A stretch of 64,000 nt of DNA, taken from Octopus vulgaris (Eukaryota). Below are positions 38,125 to 53,245 of this stretch, in pieces. Location of the stretch: NCBI GenBank assembly GCA_951406725.2, contig OX597820.1, forward strand, positions 14,136,001-14,200,000, written 5' to 3'. How positions within the stretch are numbered: position 1 is the first letter of the stretch; each line of letters begins with the position of its first letter. A program made the position numbers and the translations under genes. The notes under the pieces were generated by a model. The model was not told where the DNA came from, did no database searches, and saw only the letters and a list, made by a program, of their open reading frames with translations.

Positions 38125-38666
38125 CAAATTTGATGACTGGCGTTCATGCTAGCGGGGTGCAAAGAGCACCATACAAGTGTGATCATTGACAGAGCGGCTA
38201 ACCGGCTTCAGTGCCAGTGGCACTTAAAAGGCACCATTTGAGTGTGATCATTACCAGCGTTGCCTTACTGGCACTCAAGCCCCGTGCTAGTAGAGTATTA
38301 AGAGTACCATCCGAGCGTGATTGTTGCCAGAGCGGCTATCTGGCCTCCATGCCGGCAGCACGTAAAAGACACCATTTGAGCCTGATCGTTACCAGCATTG
38401 CCTTACTGGCACCTGTGCCGGTGGCATGTGTAAAAGATTCGAGTGAGGTCGTTGCAAGTACCGCTTGACTGGCCTCATGCCGGTGGCACGTAAAAGCACC
38501 CACTATACTCTCGGAGTGGTTGTCATTAGAAAGGGCATCCAGTTGTAGAAACTCTGCCAGATCAAGATTGAAGCCTGGTGCAACCATCTGGTTTGCCAGC
38601 CCTCAGTCATTCGTCCAACCCATGCTAGCATGGAAAGCAGACGTTAAATGATGATGATGATGATGA
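38125..38666 (+). mobile_element. RTE LINE 3' UTR with (TGA)n tail
   Basis: Reverse-complement match to 32580-33135, ending ggaaagcagacgttaaatgatgatg. Confidence 0.85.
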
Positions 38667-40034
38667 TTGAAGACGGTTCAAGACTAACAAGATCTGGGAG
38701 AAGAAGGTTTTTTCCCCCTAGGAAACATGAGGCAGTGCAGCAAAATGCAGAAGGAACATCCTACATTATACATCAGGGCCTTGATTTGGAAACCCTAATG
38801 CTAGCAAAAGAGGGGATCCCTTATTAATAAATGAAGGTGGGGTATTGAAGCAGAGCTAGAAAAGCAGGAATTGAACTTAAGAGAAAAAAAAAACAGTTCA
38901 GAATTGAGAACAGTGGAGAAACATTGTGAAGGGCCCATGCTTCATCAGGAGTGAAGGGTTTACGTGAGTGACACCTTGCAGAGTTGTTGGTAATATGGAA
39001 GGGCAGTTGTTGGTAATATGGAAGGGCATTCAACTAGAAAAATATGAAGTGATTACAGCATGAAAATTTTGTGAAGGAATATAGTTGATCAGTGATATAT
39101 ATTTGGTTATCAGGAATGAGAAGAAGAAAAGCATGAAAAATCTATGGTAAATCAACATTGTTAATTTATTCTTTCAATAAAAATAAGTCGATTACAATGA
39201 ATGACAGACTGTAAACATGAGTAAAGTCATACAATGTTTCATTGTATAACAAAAGTGTATGAAAAAAATGAAAGCAGAAAAAGAAGGCAATTCAATACAG
39301 ATAATGATAAAAAAAAAAATGAAAAAAGAAAGGAAATTGAAGCAATAAGAATGAAATGAGAAAATTTGTGTGAAGTGAAATGGAATTCATCTTCAGGATC
39401 TGGAAAAAGTTAATATGAAGGTAAACATTGGAATATTGGGAGAGTTCAAGTGTTTAAGTGTTCATCAAAAATTGTCTGTGAAGAAATATTTCAAACAATA
39501 ATTTGACATGACACTGTGCGTGAGTGAGTGTGTGTGTGTGTGCAGGAATGTGATTGTGCATATCTATGTGTGTGTGTGTGTGCATGAGTGCATGCTTGTG
39601 TGTGTGTGTGTGTGTGTGTTGTCATAGGTGTGTGTGTATTTCAAAATGTTCTTTTCAGTTTCAAAATCGTTGTGAAGAAAAATCATTACAGTGATAATAT
39701 GTATTTAACCCTTTCGTTACTAACCCGGCCATACCCGGCTGAAAAATGTTTTGGTTTATAATACCAACCCGGCCGTACCCGGCCACGAGAACCTATTGTT
39801 ATTTAAATGTAAATTTGAACCCAAATCTCGTTGGTACATTCGTTAAAACATGCGATTTCACTTTATGGCTCTGTGGTCAAGAAGCTTGCATTGCAACCAC
39901 ACTTTTTTCTGGTTCAGTCCCACTGCATGGCACCTTGGGGCAAGTGACTTCTGCAATAGTCTCAGGAAAGCCAATGCCTTGCAACTGAATCTAGTAACAC
40001 AGAAACTGTGGATGCCAATTGTTCATGTATATAT

Positions 40035-40855
40035 ATCATCATCATTTAATGTCCATTTTCCATGCTGGCATGGGTTGGACGGTTTGATTGAAGACTGGGA
40101 AGCGCGGGGGGGGTGGGGGGGGTGCTGCACCAGTCTCCAGTCTGATTTGGCAAGGTTTCTACAGCTGGATGCCCTTCCTAACGCCAACCACTCTGAGAGT
40201 GTACACTAGGTGCTTTTTACGTGCCATCAGCATGGGGTCCAGTCAGGCAGCACTGGCATCGACCATGTTTGAATGGTGCTTTTTACGTGTCACCAGCATG
40301 GGAGCCAGTCAGGTGGCACTGGCAGCGACCACATTCAAATGGTGCCTTTTACATTCTATCAGCACGGGAGCCAGTCAAGTGGCACTGACATCAACCATGC
40401 TTGAATGGTGCTTTTCATATGCCACCAGCATGGGTGCCAGTCAGGTGGCACTGGTATTGGCCATGACTATGATTTCACTTGACTCAACAGGTCTTCTCAA
40501 GCACAGCATATTGCCTGACAACTGAAGAGTACTTTTTAAATGGCCCGGCTATGCGACACTGGCATCGGCCACGGCTACGTCTCACTTGACTTGCCAGGAC
40601 TTCTCAAGCACAGCATATCTCCAAAGGTCTTGGTTGCTTGTCATTGCCTCTGTGAGGCCCAACGTTCAAAGATCATGCTTTACCTACCTCTTCCACAAGT
40701 TCCCTTCACTGTTAGGGTGTGATCCTTCTTCACAGAGCTGTCCTCATCCATACACATCACATGACCATGCTAGCGCAGTCGTCTCTGTTGCAAACCACAT
40801 CTGATGCTTCTAATGCCCTTAGGACACTTACATGCTGTTGTGTATCCACATTATT
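40035..40855 (-). mobile_element. 5'-truncated RTE LINE
   Basis: (cat)n tail, about five ~58-bp UTR subrepeats and a decayed ORF end. Confidence 0.85.
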
Positions 40856-40876
40856 GGACCTTGGGTGTAAAAGTAG

Positions 40877-40980
40877 ACACCTGATGAGGTGCATCCTGCA
40901 CTAGTGGATGCACACGACTAACTATACATTATACCACCTTCAAGAGACCGATGTGGGATGAGTCAAAACGATTGTTGTGT
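40877..40980 (+). ncRNA. Decayed hammerhead ribozyme
   Basis: acac-CTGATGA-g-gtgcatcc/ggatgcac hairpin...c-AAAAC-gatt-GTT-gtgt. Stem I acac/gtgt is perfect; the lost G of GAAAC and gatc>gatt are consistent with CpG decay. Confidence 0.5.
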
Positions 40981-41875
40981 TGAATAAAGAGTTTTGCTAA
41001 CTCTATTTTTTATTTCCCTCATTCATTATATATATCATCATCATTTAATGATGTGTGTGTGTGTGTGTGTGTGTATTCTTTTATTCTTTTATTTGTTTCA
41101 GTTATTTGACTGTGGCCATGCTGAAGCACTGCTTTAGTTTAGGAAGGGCATCCAGCTGTAGAAACTCTGCCAGATCAAAACTGGAGCCTGGTGCAGCCAT
41201 CTGGCTCACCAGCCCTCAGTCAAACCGCCCAACCCATGCTAGCATGGAAAACTGACATTAAATGATGATGATGATGATATATATAGATAGGTAGACAGAC
41301 AGACAGACAGATAGATAGATAAATGATGTTATGTATATATGTGTGTGTGTGTATCTTCTTTGTGCTGCTGATATGACAAAATCTACCCAGCACACCTTGT
41401 AAGTCACTGGTTGCAGTGCAGCAGTTGTGTGTCCTAATGACCCTGAAAGTTATACCAACATAGCACCGGCTTCTGGTAGGGCTTCCCATGCCTGACAGAT
41501 CAAAGAATACAGAGCTGAGCGATACAGACCATGCAAATACACACACACACACAAACACTACTCGCAGTGTTTGAGGAAGTCATGACACACCAACATTTGT
41601 TGTTGTTGTTGCTGATGTCGCTTTAAACATGAATCTATCATGTAGATATATCTATATGCATACAGCATATGTATACATTACATACATGGACATTACATAC
41701 ATTACATTACATACACACACGTGTGTGTGTGTGTGTGTCTATACACATACATCATCATCACTACCATCATTTGATGTCCATTTTCCATGCTGGCATGGGT
41801 TGGGCAGTGTGTGTGTGTATATATATATGTGTGTGTATATATATATTATATATATGTATATATATATATATCATA

Positions 41876-41983
<108 letters not shown>

Positions 41984-42072
41984 TATATATATATATATAT
42001 ATACAAATTAGTAAATAAATGGCACAACTAAGTATATATATATATATATATTATATTATATTATATATATAT

Positions 42073-42127
<55 letters not shown>

Positions 42128-42245
42128 GCTAAATGCCTACATATGCAAACACACATGCAATTTCTTTTCCTTTTCCCCTTCTCTTTTTTTCTTATTTGGC
42201 AAATATTATTTAAAATCTGTATAGCTTTAACCATGCATTCCTATG

Positions 42246-42282
<37 letters not shown>

Positions 42283-42571
42283 CACTGCATCCCATATGGG
42301 CAAATATAGTACAATTTAATACACATAATTCTTAGTTTGGTATGAATACAGTTAATGATGCACCTAAAAAGGGATGGGGGGGTGGAGATTCTAAACAAAA
42401 GTACCAAACATTGGTATGTTCAAAGATCAAATAATACAAGTATGGTTTATTGAAATCTCTCGAATGAGATTTCTCTCCATTCAATGCATGTTTACTTGTT
42501 AATCTACAATGTGTAAGAATCTTCCCCCAGCAACAATGAAACGAGGCCACAGAGAAGAGGACTAAATACTT

Positions 42572-42614
<43 letters not shown>

Positions 42615-42860
42615 CAGACATGCACACACACGTATATATATATACATATTAGTTTTTGTGTGTGTATGTATTTATGAATGCATGTGTATGTTAATATAAT
42701 GTTTTAATACATATGTATGTATGTAGAATATATGTATGTACAGAGGTATACTCACACATACACACACACATGTATGTGTGTGTATGTGTGTTTTATGCAT
42801 ATATGTTTGTATGCATGTTTGTTGTATGTATATATATTAATACATACATATATATCTCTA

Positions 42861-43246
42861 TCTCTATATATATAAACGGCAGTTTGTCTGTGCGTGTTTC
42901 TGTGTGTCTGTTTGCTTGTACCCTCACCCCGACCACGGCTTTCAACCGATTCTGATGAAACTTGACACACACATAGCCCAATGTCATAATTCAAAACTAA
43001 CGCAGCCAAAATTTTGAAAAGTTTCCCCAGTTCTGAAAAAAATCGATAAATTCGACATGGGGTCGAGAATCAGAAACACGAACCACAAACTGTCTAGGGG
43101 ACGCAACTCCATCCTTTTTTAACTCTCAAAAAAAAATTTACCATCATTTTTTCCCATTTTTTTGCTATTTTTTGGCTATAACTCTCTAAAAATGCTTTAT
43201 AGTTATTTCCCTTACAAACCTGAGCAACGCCGGGCGAAACTGCTAG
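42861..43246 (+). mobile_element. Non-autonomous Helitron
   Basis: A|TCtctatatatataaacggcagtttgtctg 5' end; 3' hairpin cctgagcaacgccggg then CTAG|T; inserted in a TA-rich tract. Confidence 0.85.
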
Positions 43247-43247
43247 T

Positions 43248-43316
<69 letters not shown>

Positions 43317-43877
43317 CATATACACATGTAATATATCTGCAAAAATTATATATGTACAGAGGCACATACTCATGTATATATAAACATCATGCGCGCACAC
43401 ACACATACAATCGTACATACAGAACATATCTATTTATCTACATATATACACACATATGTTGATAGATACCTACATACATACGTATATATTTGCATATATA
43501 TACGTGTATTTATGTAAATATACACATACACAGATTCATATATGTGTGTGTATGTATGTATGTATGTATGTATGTATGTATGTATGTATATATATATGTT
43601 TGTCATTATGCTTACCCATTTATGCATAAATATATATACATATATCGCTGGAGTCAAGTTTGCCTTTCATCCTTTCGGGGTCTATAAATTAAGTACCAGT
43701 TGCATACTGGAGTCGATCTAATCGACCGGCCCCCTCCCCACCAAAATAATTCGGGCCTTGTGCCTAGAGTAGAAAAGAATATATATACATATATAGGTAT
43801 GAATATATAAAGGAGAAAAGAGGGGTAGAGAAAGAGAGGGAGAAAGAAAAATAAAAGAAAAGAAAAAAGAAAGAAGA

Positions 43878-43923
<46 letters not shown>

Positions 43924-44192
43924 AGAGGAAGAAAGGAGAGAATGATTGGTTCTATGTAAATTATATGTTCTTCAAGGCTTGCAGAACAGTTTGTCAAGAC
44001 TAAAATGGCTATGCACCAGTCTTGAGTGATTGTAAGAGAGAACCTGGTTGATTAGTGGTGGGTTTGGCAGGCAAGGGTTTTGTAAGGTTTGGTAAGGGGT
44101 CTGCTGTTTTATATTACTGCGTTTCTTCATTGTGAAGTATTAAATGAGCAGTTGTCTATGTGTGTATATATGTCTTAGTGCCTATGAGTGTG

Positions 44193-44229
<37 letters not shown>

Positions 44230-44291
44230 TCGTATATATACATATATACATACATACATATATATATATACACATATATATATACACACAC

Positions 44292-44329
<38 letters not shown>

Positions 44330-44399
44330 ATATGTATATATATATATACACATATATATATACACACACATATATATATATACACATATATATATATAT

Positions 44400-44430
<31 letters not shown>

Positions 44431-44452
44431 TATATATGTATATATATATGAA

Positions 44453-44660
44453 TAGAAGGGGGTGTAGAAAAGTTCCTGGCTTTGGGTAAAAGAAAATAGA
44501 GGAGGCTCAGTTAATTATGATTTTATTCAACATATTCCACTCTCAGATTCACATGCTTATTGTAGCAGTCCTTCAGTTTTTCTAAGTCCTGTAGAAAGGA
44601 AGAAAGGAGAGGCCCTTCACGACACCCTTAAATCTAGGAACTTTTCAGCACCCCTTCCTA
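44453..44660. mobile_element. mariner-like MITE
   Basis: ta-gaagggggtgtagaaaagttcct ... aggaacttttcagcaccccttcc-ta inverted termini. Confidence 0.75.
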
Positions 44661-45419
44661 CATGTCTCAGTAGCTTTCTGTGCATCAATGTCTTCGTACC
44701 TATGCACTCCCACATAAGAAGCACCATTATTTTGCATGAATATTTTGTGGAATAACAAATTTAGTATGGTAAAGTATATATGCCAACAGAATGTTGCAGT
44801 CCTACAAAGGACAATATTACTGCTGTTTAGCTCCAGGAAAACATCTTTTCCAGCTGGCTACTGACACACAATCTGTGACCTTATAGTATGAGCAAGGGAG
44901 TATATCGCTCCAATCTTTAGCCTTCATGATACTCACAGATCTAGGTTTCTGGCTTGTTTCCCATCTTTGCTGTGAGATAATCACAGGCCAATGATGAAGG
45001 CTTACTCAACTTGTGCATGCTATATACTTTTTAAGCGACACACAGTCACTGATCTCATAAAGAGAAAAGCAACCAGTTTTAAATCTCTGAGCAAGAGATA
45101 TGCAATTACAGTACCAAACAGTAAAGTTTATTTGCCAACTGAATGTGACAGTCCTACACAGGACAATGTTACTGTGTAAGTCTACTACATTCTATTGTTG
45201 TTTTTCTCTTTAAATTTAGTATGTTTCATAAAACACTTATTGAAAGATATTTTAAGGTGGTTTTGTTGGAAAAATTTGTGATCCTGTGCATGTAAATAAA
45301 AATGCTATGACAGTATAACTGGGATAAAGCATAAAACCATAAATTTATCATAAAAAAACTACATTGTATAAGTAAGGTATTCTGATTCTATTTTCTTTCA
45401 GATCAACTTTTAATCTTTT

Positions 45420-45825
45420 ATTCGTTTACTTGTTTCAGTCATTTGACTGTAGCCATGCTGGAGCACTGACTTAAAGGGATTTTTCGTTGAAGAAATTGAC
45501 CCCAGGGCTTATTCTTTGTAAGCCTAGTACTTTTTCTTTCATTCTCTTTTGCCAAACCGCTAAGTTACGGGGATGTAAATGCACCAACATCAATTGCCAA
45601 GCAGTGGTGGGGGACAAACATAGACACAAAGACACACAAACACATAAATACATACATATATATATATATACGATAGGTTTCTTTCAGTTTCTATCTACCA
45701 AATCCACAAGGCTTTGGTCAGCCCGAGGCTACAGTAGAAGACACTCACCCACGATACCACACAGTGGGACTGAACCCAGAACCATGTGGTTGGGAAGCAG
45801 GCTTCTTACCACACAGCCATTCCTG
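45420..45825 (-). mobile_element. SINE family A copy
   Basis: Reverse-complement match to 18735-19143. Confidence 0.85.
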
Positions 45826-46615
45826 GGTTAGTTGTCTATATTTTGGTCAAAAGATTTGCTATGTAAAACTCTTATTTCTGGCTACTGTGTTTTGTTACCA
45901 TAATCAAACACCAGGGTGGTTCACCATTGCTATGATTTTGTTGTCATCTACTCATTACAAATAGACTAAGAAGCAAATAGAAGTTTCTGAACATTCTGTT
46001 CATCTTTCAAGAATAATTTTTCATTGAGGTGATAGATATGTTTCATAAATGTAACACAGACAGTAAATAATGTAAGACACACATAAGGTGTCACATTTAC
46101 ACTGGCTCTCAGACGAGATTCTTCTTGGGGCTTTTGGAAAGGAACCACACAGTTCCTTCGTACACGAGCAGCCATCATCAACAGTGTGTAGGTTAGTGGT
46201 ATAAATCTATTCCAATCATAAGGCTATAAGAAGTACAGTATCAAGGGCCCAAACAAAACTAAATAAATTATAAAACTGTACAAAAGCAAGGAAAAATGGT
46301 TTATTAGATTTATGGAAATATGGTAAATTTACCAAATATTCATAAGTAGACAACTTTTTAAAAATTACTGTAAAAATTATTTATAACTTGAAGGGTTGGG
46401 TGTTATAGGTAAATATATAAAGAATCTAATGCTATTAAATGAAGTTAGAGTAATGTATAGAAAAATTTAAGTAAATAGAGACAAGCTATTTTCTAAAGGA
46501 GGAAAGAAGCAAACAAGCAAGATTTGGAGTAATATGCAAACAAGCATATACACACATATGTACATTTAAAAGCACACACACACACACTTGAAACTTGCAT
46601 CTGTGTGTGTGTATG

Positions 46616-46656
<41 letters not shown>

Positions 46657-46873
46657 GTACACACACAATATATATATATATTGAAATGACTAAACATGAA
46701 CTGCTATTGGAACTTATATATCATGTACAGGAAACTTTTCTACAATTCTATACATCATCTTCCTCGAATAATGGAACTGCAACTACAATATCTTTATATA
46801 TGATATTTCTATTTTCATTCTCTTATTTCCCTCTACATTCCCTATCTCCTCCTTTCCATAATAATTCAAACTC

Positions 46874-46931
46874 AAATATTTTCTGATGAAGGGATATCCA
46901 TAATATCCCAGAAACAGCTGTAAGGCTATTT
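46874..46931 (+). ncRNA. Type I hammerhead ribozyme (minimal, palindromic stem III)
   Basis: aaatatttt-CTGATGA-a-gggatat-ccata-atatccc-a-GAAAC-agct-GTA-aggctattt: 7-bp stem II (with an A-A at its base), self-complementary acagctgt, GUA site at 46920-46922, stem I with GU pairs. Confidence 0.7.
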
Positions 46932-47430
46932 CATTATAAATGTCCTAAAAACTCCTCACAGCCTTGGCTTTGTTATCTCATCCTGTATAATATATACATT
47001 TGTATTGCAATATTTTATTTTCCATTGAAAAGTTTTTCACTGTTCTCGGTCTGTTAATGGCTAAGCATTCAGACAAGTATACTGGCATTGATGTAACAAC
47101 ATCTGAAATATTGTCCAGGTAAATCTAGCTGAAGAAGACTAATCAAATTTACGATAACAAACATATTTAAAGAGTCCAAAAGCTAGGTACTAGATTATAT
47201 GATTCTGGGTTGTCCATTTATCTAATGTTTGCTGCCCTCACACGTCAATACATAGTGAAGCTTTACTATAGTGTCATAAATTTATCGACTGCTATTTCCA
47301 GTAAACACTGGTGCCTTGTTGTACCACTACTCTATATATATGTATATATATGTATGTATGTCTGTGTGTATGTATGTATATATATACACACACATGTGTA
47401 CACATATGTATACATATATATATATATACA

Positions 47431-47548
47431 GGACTCTTTTTTAGAGTGAAAAGTAGACTGTATGATGCTTGTGTATGAATGGCTATACTGCATGGTGGTG
47501 AGACATGAGCTCTGAATGCAGAAGACATGTGTAGACTGGAGAGAAACA
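47431..47548 (+). mobile_element. RTE ORF fragment
   Basis: GLFFRVKSRLYDACV*MAILHGGET*ALNAEDMCRLERN (LYxAxV..LxGxETW motif). Confidence 0.7.
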
Positions 47549-47993
47549 AAGGTAGTACGACCTGTTCACTGACAAATGCAGCACGGAATTTTCTCAGTGA
47601 ACAGGTCGTGGTTGCAAAGAGCCAAAAATATTTTGGCAAATTAAATTCAAATGTTGAAGTGAATCTAATGGTTTTAGTGTTTCTTAAATGTCTTATAAAC
47701 ACCTTCCACACTGCAATTGTTTTCGTTCCAGCACATGATCTCAGATCAGGTCACTTGCCATGCAAGTACATCTCCGTGATAAATATATATATATATATAT
47801 ATATATATGGCAAATATTTGGCATATAAATCAAGGGTAAGCCACTTCTTACCCCCATCATATATAATACTCGATTGCGAGATTGCCATGGAATAACTAGC
47901 ACTTCAGTATGAATAATTGGGTACACTACCAGCAGTATATTGGATAGGTACTATCCCTTAGTTGGTTTCTCAACCCCTAACTCACACACAAAT

Positions 47994-48024
<31 letters not shown>

Positions 48025-48059
48025 CATATATATATATGCATATATATATATGCATATAT

Positions 48060-48095
<36 letters not shown>

Positions 48096-48482
48096 GTTTA
48101 ACATCCGCTTTCCATGCTAGCATGGGTTGGACGGTTCAACCGGGGTCTGGGAAACCAGAAGGCTGCGCCAGGCCCAGTCTGATCTGGCAGTGTTTCTACA
48201 GCTTGATGCCCTTCCTAACGCCAACCACTCCGTGAGTGTAGTGGGTGCTTTTTACGTGTCACCAGCACAGGTGCCAGACGATGCTGGCAAACAGCCACGA
48301 TCGGATGGTGCTTTTTACGTGCCACCGGCACGGAGGCCAATCAGGGCGGCGCTGGCAACGGCCACATTTGGATGGTTCTCTTACGTACCACCGGCACTGG
48401 TATCACAGCTGTGTATATATATTATATTAATATATATGATGAATATGTGAGTATGTACGTGTGTGTTTATGTGTGTTTGTAT

Positions 48483-48521
<39 letters not shown>

Positions 48522-49163
48522 TGTGTGTGTGTGTGTGTATTTGTGTGTGTTTGTGATGGGCTTCTGCACAGTTTCCATTTGTATCTCCCAAATTCCATTC
48601 ACAAGGCGTCAATCAATACAACCTGAAACTAAAGTAGAAGATACTTTCCTTAAGGTGTCACAGAAAGCAGATCGGAAAGTGGGGGGAGGTGGCCGGGGAG
48701 CTGGAGCGGGAGCGGGGGAGTGTCAAATCTAGAAGCAGCAAACGGTTGTGAAGCAAACGTCTAAACAATACAATCACAACTGCAGATTTCAACAGAATTT
48801 ATTGACAGGTGGAGGGAAAGATGAATGCATTTCATTAGTAAGACTGGTTTAAGATTTCCAAAGAATGGTACGGCATCTTATTTTGAATAATGCTCTGAAG
48901 ATCAACGACCATCACAGAGGTCTCTCTTTTGTGAATGACAACGACTTCAATGACTCATGGCCTGTTTTGTATTACTGTATCGGTAGCATCTTAAGGAAAT
49001 TACTTTTTCTACTGCAATAATACATCTCCAGGTTTTCTCGTCAGTGACTAACACGTTTCTGAGGTCAGCAGATATGTCAGATTGGACAACAAAATGCTTC
49101 AGAACAACTTTTAAATTGAGATTTGTTCAACCGTGTTTGTGTGTGACAGACGCTAGTTTCTTG

Positions 49164-49423
<260 letters not shown>

Positions 49424-50106
49424 TATATGTATGTATATATATGTATATGTATGTGTGTAGGCGATATAGGATATCCTATTGTTGATATCCTTTTGCGTTT
49501 GAGCATCTTCCTTTCACAAGACATGACATGTTCTATGTAATACGGATGGAGGAAGACTTAAATGTGAGTTCATTGCCTCACATGATATCAACAATACAGT
49601 ATTAGAAGATAAAAGTCACATGGAAATCTCCGAAATTCAACCAACACATTTGGTTGACTTTGCTCTTTCGTCATTCCAACAGCTAATAGAAAAAAAATAT
49701 GTATATATATATATATAGGGTACCAGTCGTGTAATGGAGTCCATTTCATTGAGTACCTCTTAGGTCATTTTTCATTCAAAGATATGGCTGTGTGGAAAGA
49801 AGTTTATTTCCCAACCACATGGCTTTGAGTTCAGTTGCAAGGCCTTGTAAGTGGATTTTATGGATGGAAACTGAAAGAAGCTCATCAAATAAATAAATAA
49901 ATATGTACATAGATACATACACACACATATATACACACACACACATACATACACACATACATACACACACATACATACACACATACGCATATATATATAT
50001 ATATACACTCATACATACATATACACACACAGTAAAATGCCTTCAGAAGTTAAAATATGTGACAAACACATTTGAACTAACCCAAAGTTTACCTCTCAAA
50101 ACTGCT

Positions 50107-50109
50107 TAG

Positions 50110-50192
<83 letters not shown>

Positions 50193-50216
50193 ACTACCAT
50201 CACCACCACCACCACC

Positions 50217-50263
<47 letters not shown>
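50107..50263. repeat. Compound trinucleotide microsatellite (CTA)n(CTG)n(CCA)n(CTA)n
   Basis: Directly visible. Confidence 0.95.
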
Positions 50264-50896
50264 ATATATAGTGGGTTTCCACAGTTTCCATGTACCAAGT
50301 TCACTCATAAGGCATTGGTCAGCCTGTTGCTACAGTAGAAAACACTTGCCTATGTTGCCACACGGTGGGACTGAACCGGAAAACCACATCGTTGCAAAGC
50401 TAGCGCCAAGCCCATTGACTCATTTTTTCCATATTATTATTATTATTTTCATATCTTGTCCCAAAGTAGCACAAATGCTAAATATTGACTCTTTGAGAAA
50501 ATTGGTGAACAGACAGCGAAAATGTTCCAGCGAGACGATGAGTCAGAAGATTTGTTCCTGTCAAAATATTTGCTCAAATTATTCTATTTTTCTTGAACTC
50601 CCAAGTAAAATATTTTTCTTATTTCATTTTCCCGAGTAAATAACAAAAATCAATATTTCAAACGAGTTCCAACATTAATTCTTTTTCCACATTATTGATT
50701 TCTTGAGTTTTACCATTTCGATGAGAAGTTCTTGTTTGGCCGCGGTTGTCTTCACTGTAACATTTAATTATTATTTACTTTATTTACATTCGGTTGTCAG
50801 CACACAAAACAATTTTGTGATATAAATTGATAGATAAGGTGCCTGGCAGTACCTGATAATTATTGTGATATCAGTCTATGCGCAACCTGATTAATA

Positions 50897-50990
50897 GTAA
50901 CTTTATTTTCTGGCATATAAGTCGAATTTTTCAGTACAAAATTTACAGCCCAAAAAAAAACATAGGTCGACTTATACACTGAGAAAACTA
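50897..50990. mobile_element. pogo/Tigger-like terminal fragment
   Basis: tattttctggcatataagtcga...ggtcgacttatacactgagaaaa self-complementary end motif. Confidence 0.45.
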
Positions 50991-51549
50991 TCAAGGACCA
51001 AAAACTCTGTGAAATGCAGCAGGATTTGTAAAAATAGTGAGGATGTTTGAATGTTTATACTACGCGGTTACCCTATGTATTGTGTTGAATCAAAAGTGAG
51101 GTCTTCTGCTACAAGACAGTGCAAGACCTCACACCATTTGAACAACCTGGAATTAACTCCAGGAACTAGTGTAGCTAGAGTGTGTGCTTTGTTATTGTTG
51201 TTAAGCAACAAGATGGGTAAGGGTGATTAGGTGATGGTCTAGGGCTTAGGGGCGGGAGACCCCAGACCTTGGAAAAAAAAAACTTTAGTTGTCTTGTTGT
51301 AGTCAAGGGCTCTTCGTTGACGCTCAATACCACTGGAAGGTGGCCCTCGAAGTCGCTGGAAATGGAGATCTCCAGGTCCAAATTCTTGAATGGCTAGAGT
51401 GTTTGCTGTTGGGGTGGCCCTTTCGTTTGCCACCCCTAGGCCCCACAAAGAACATGTATTGCCTACAGCAACAGCCTACAATAGGATGAAAAGTGCTGCT
51501 CCTTTAAAAGTACGGCCCCTACTGTCCCCCTCCTAGCTGTGTTAGTGAC

Positions 51550-51882
51550 TCCAGGAGCTTGAGGGAATCAAACTGATGCCACATCCAGCGTATAGTCTGG
51601 ACCAAGCTCTCTTGGATTATCCCTTGGATTATCCATTCCTCACTTCCTTATCTTGTGATGCTTCATCAATGAAGAAGAAGTAGAAGCTTCAGTGAAGGAA
51701 TTCTTTGCCTCAAAGAACAAGATCTGGTATCAGCATTGGATCAAAGAACTGGCAGAAAGGCAGCTTCGGATGGTGCAACATTATGGCCTCTACTTTAAAT
51801 GCTAGGCTGCTTTTCTTGTAAGTTGATGAATAAAGCAACTAAGTTACCAAAATCTTGCAAAACTTTTGATTCACCATAATAC
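51550..51882 (+). mobile_element. mariner transposase C-terminal fragment with right end
   Basis: LMPHPAYSLDQALLDY...FINEEEVEASVKEFFASKNKIWYQHWIKELAER (HPPYSPDLAPSDY-like). Confidence 0.8.
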
Positions 51883-52799
51883 TACACTGACTTACATACC
51901 AGAAAATACAATTCTCATTTGGCAATTACCATGTCCAAAAACAAGGAAAATTTTTTATCAAGATTTTAACCCTGTTGATGTCATTGGTCTCAGAGGGCCA
52001 GCAATAGCAATGAGCACAACCCCTTCTTCTAGACTTTATCTTACGTGAGCCTCTGGGACACATAAGGATGAAACTTAATCTAGTTTTCATATTAGCATAT
52101 TAGTGATAAAGAAAACAACACTTCCTCTGTCTTGGACAGAACACTGGTCTGTTGCAGGGCTTCCCAACTGTTGTTGGAAGTCATTTACAGATGAAAAGAC
52201 TAAGCTTACAATGCAGTGTCCAGGAATTGAAACTGCAATCTTATGATTGTGAGAGCAACACCCTGACCTTATGCATTCTCCCTACATCCAGAATAAAACT
52301 AAAACCAAGAGGAAAAGATGATTTTGTGAACATTGGTGGTGCTCCAGCATGGCTGAAACATATAAAAAAAAAAGAAAATAAAGAATGGTTTTAATATTCT
52401 TATGAAACAAATTTTCAGTTCTCTGAGGTCTGTGAAGCTCTTGAAATTAAAAATAAAATATAAAATGAACACCACAACATCCTCTCCCTCTTCTTTGTAA
52501 ATATGATCCTTGTACTTATGTCATATATTAATATCAATTTATTTAAAATGGTAAAAAAAATGGGAAGCTGACAGAATCGTTAGCATACCAGACAAAATAC
52601 TTAGCAACAGTTTGTCGATCATCTTTACATTCAAGTTCTGTCATGCTGACTTCACTTTTCCTCTTTTTGAGGTTGATGAAACAGGTACCAGTTTAGTACT
52701 GGGGTTGATATAATTGATTAGCACCCCCCACCAAAAAGAAATTTCAGGCTTTTGCACCAGTAGGAGAAAGGATTATTATCTATATAACAAACTTGAGAT

Positions 52800-53245
52800 C
52801 TGTTGAGTCAAATAAAATCAAAATTGTAGGCGTGGCCAGTGCCACCTGACTGGCATCTGTGCTGGTGGAACATAAAATGTGCCATCCAAATGTGGTTGAT
52901 GCCAGTGCCCCCTCACCGGCTCCTGTGTCAGTGGCAGACTGGATTCCATGCCGGTGGCACATAAAATGCACCATCCAAACATGGTCGATGACAGTGCCCC
53001 CTGACTGGCTCCTGCGTCAGTGCCACCTGATTGGCATCTGTGCTAGTGGCACATAAAATGCACCATCCAAATGTGGTCAATGGCAGTGCCCCTTCACTGG
53101 CTCCTGTGTCAGTGGCAGACTGGCTTCCGTGCCGGTGGCACATAAAATGCACCATCTAAACGTGGTCGATGACAGTGCCCCCTGACTGACTCCTATGTCA
53201 GTGGCAGACTGGCTTCTGCGCAGGTGGCACATAAAGTGCACTACC
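52800..53245 (+). repeat. Tandem array of RTE-UTR-type subrepeats
   Basis: Repeated gtggcacataaaatgcaccatccaaacgtggtcgatg.cagtgcccc units. Confidence 0.75.

Noticed and set aside
42952-42961. ctgatgaaac as a hammerhead core
   Set aside because: The two boxes overlap with no stem II; it is part of a common Helitron-internal motif.
46030-46190. Further hammerhead on the minus strand
   Set aside because: UUGAUGA and GAAAC are far apart and I could not build convincing stems I and III.
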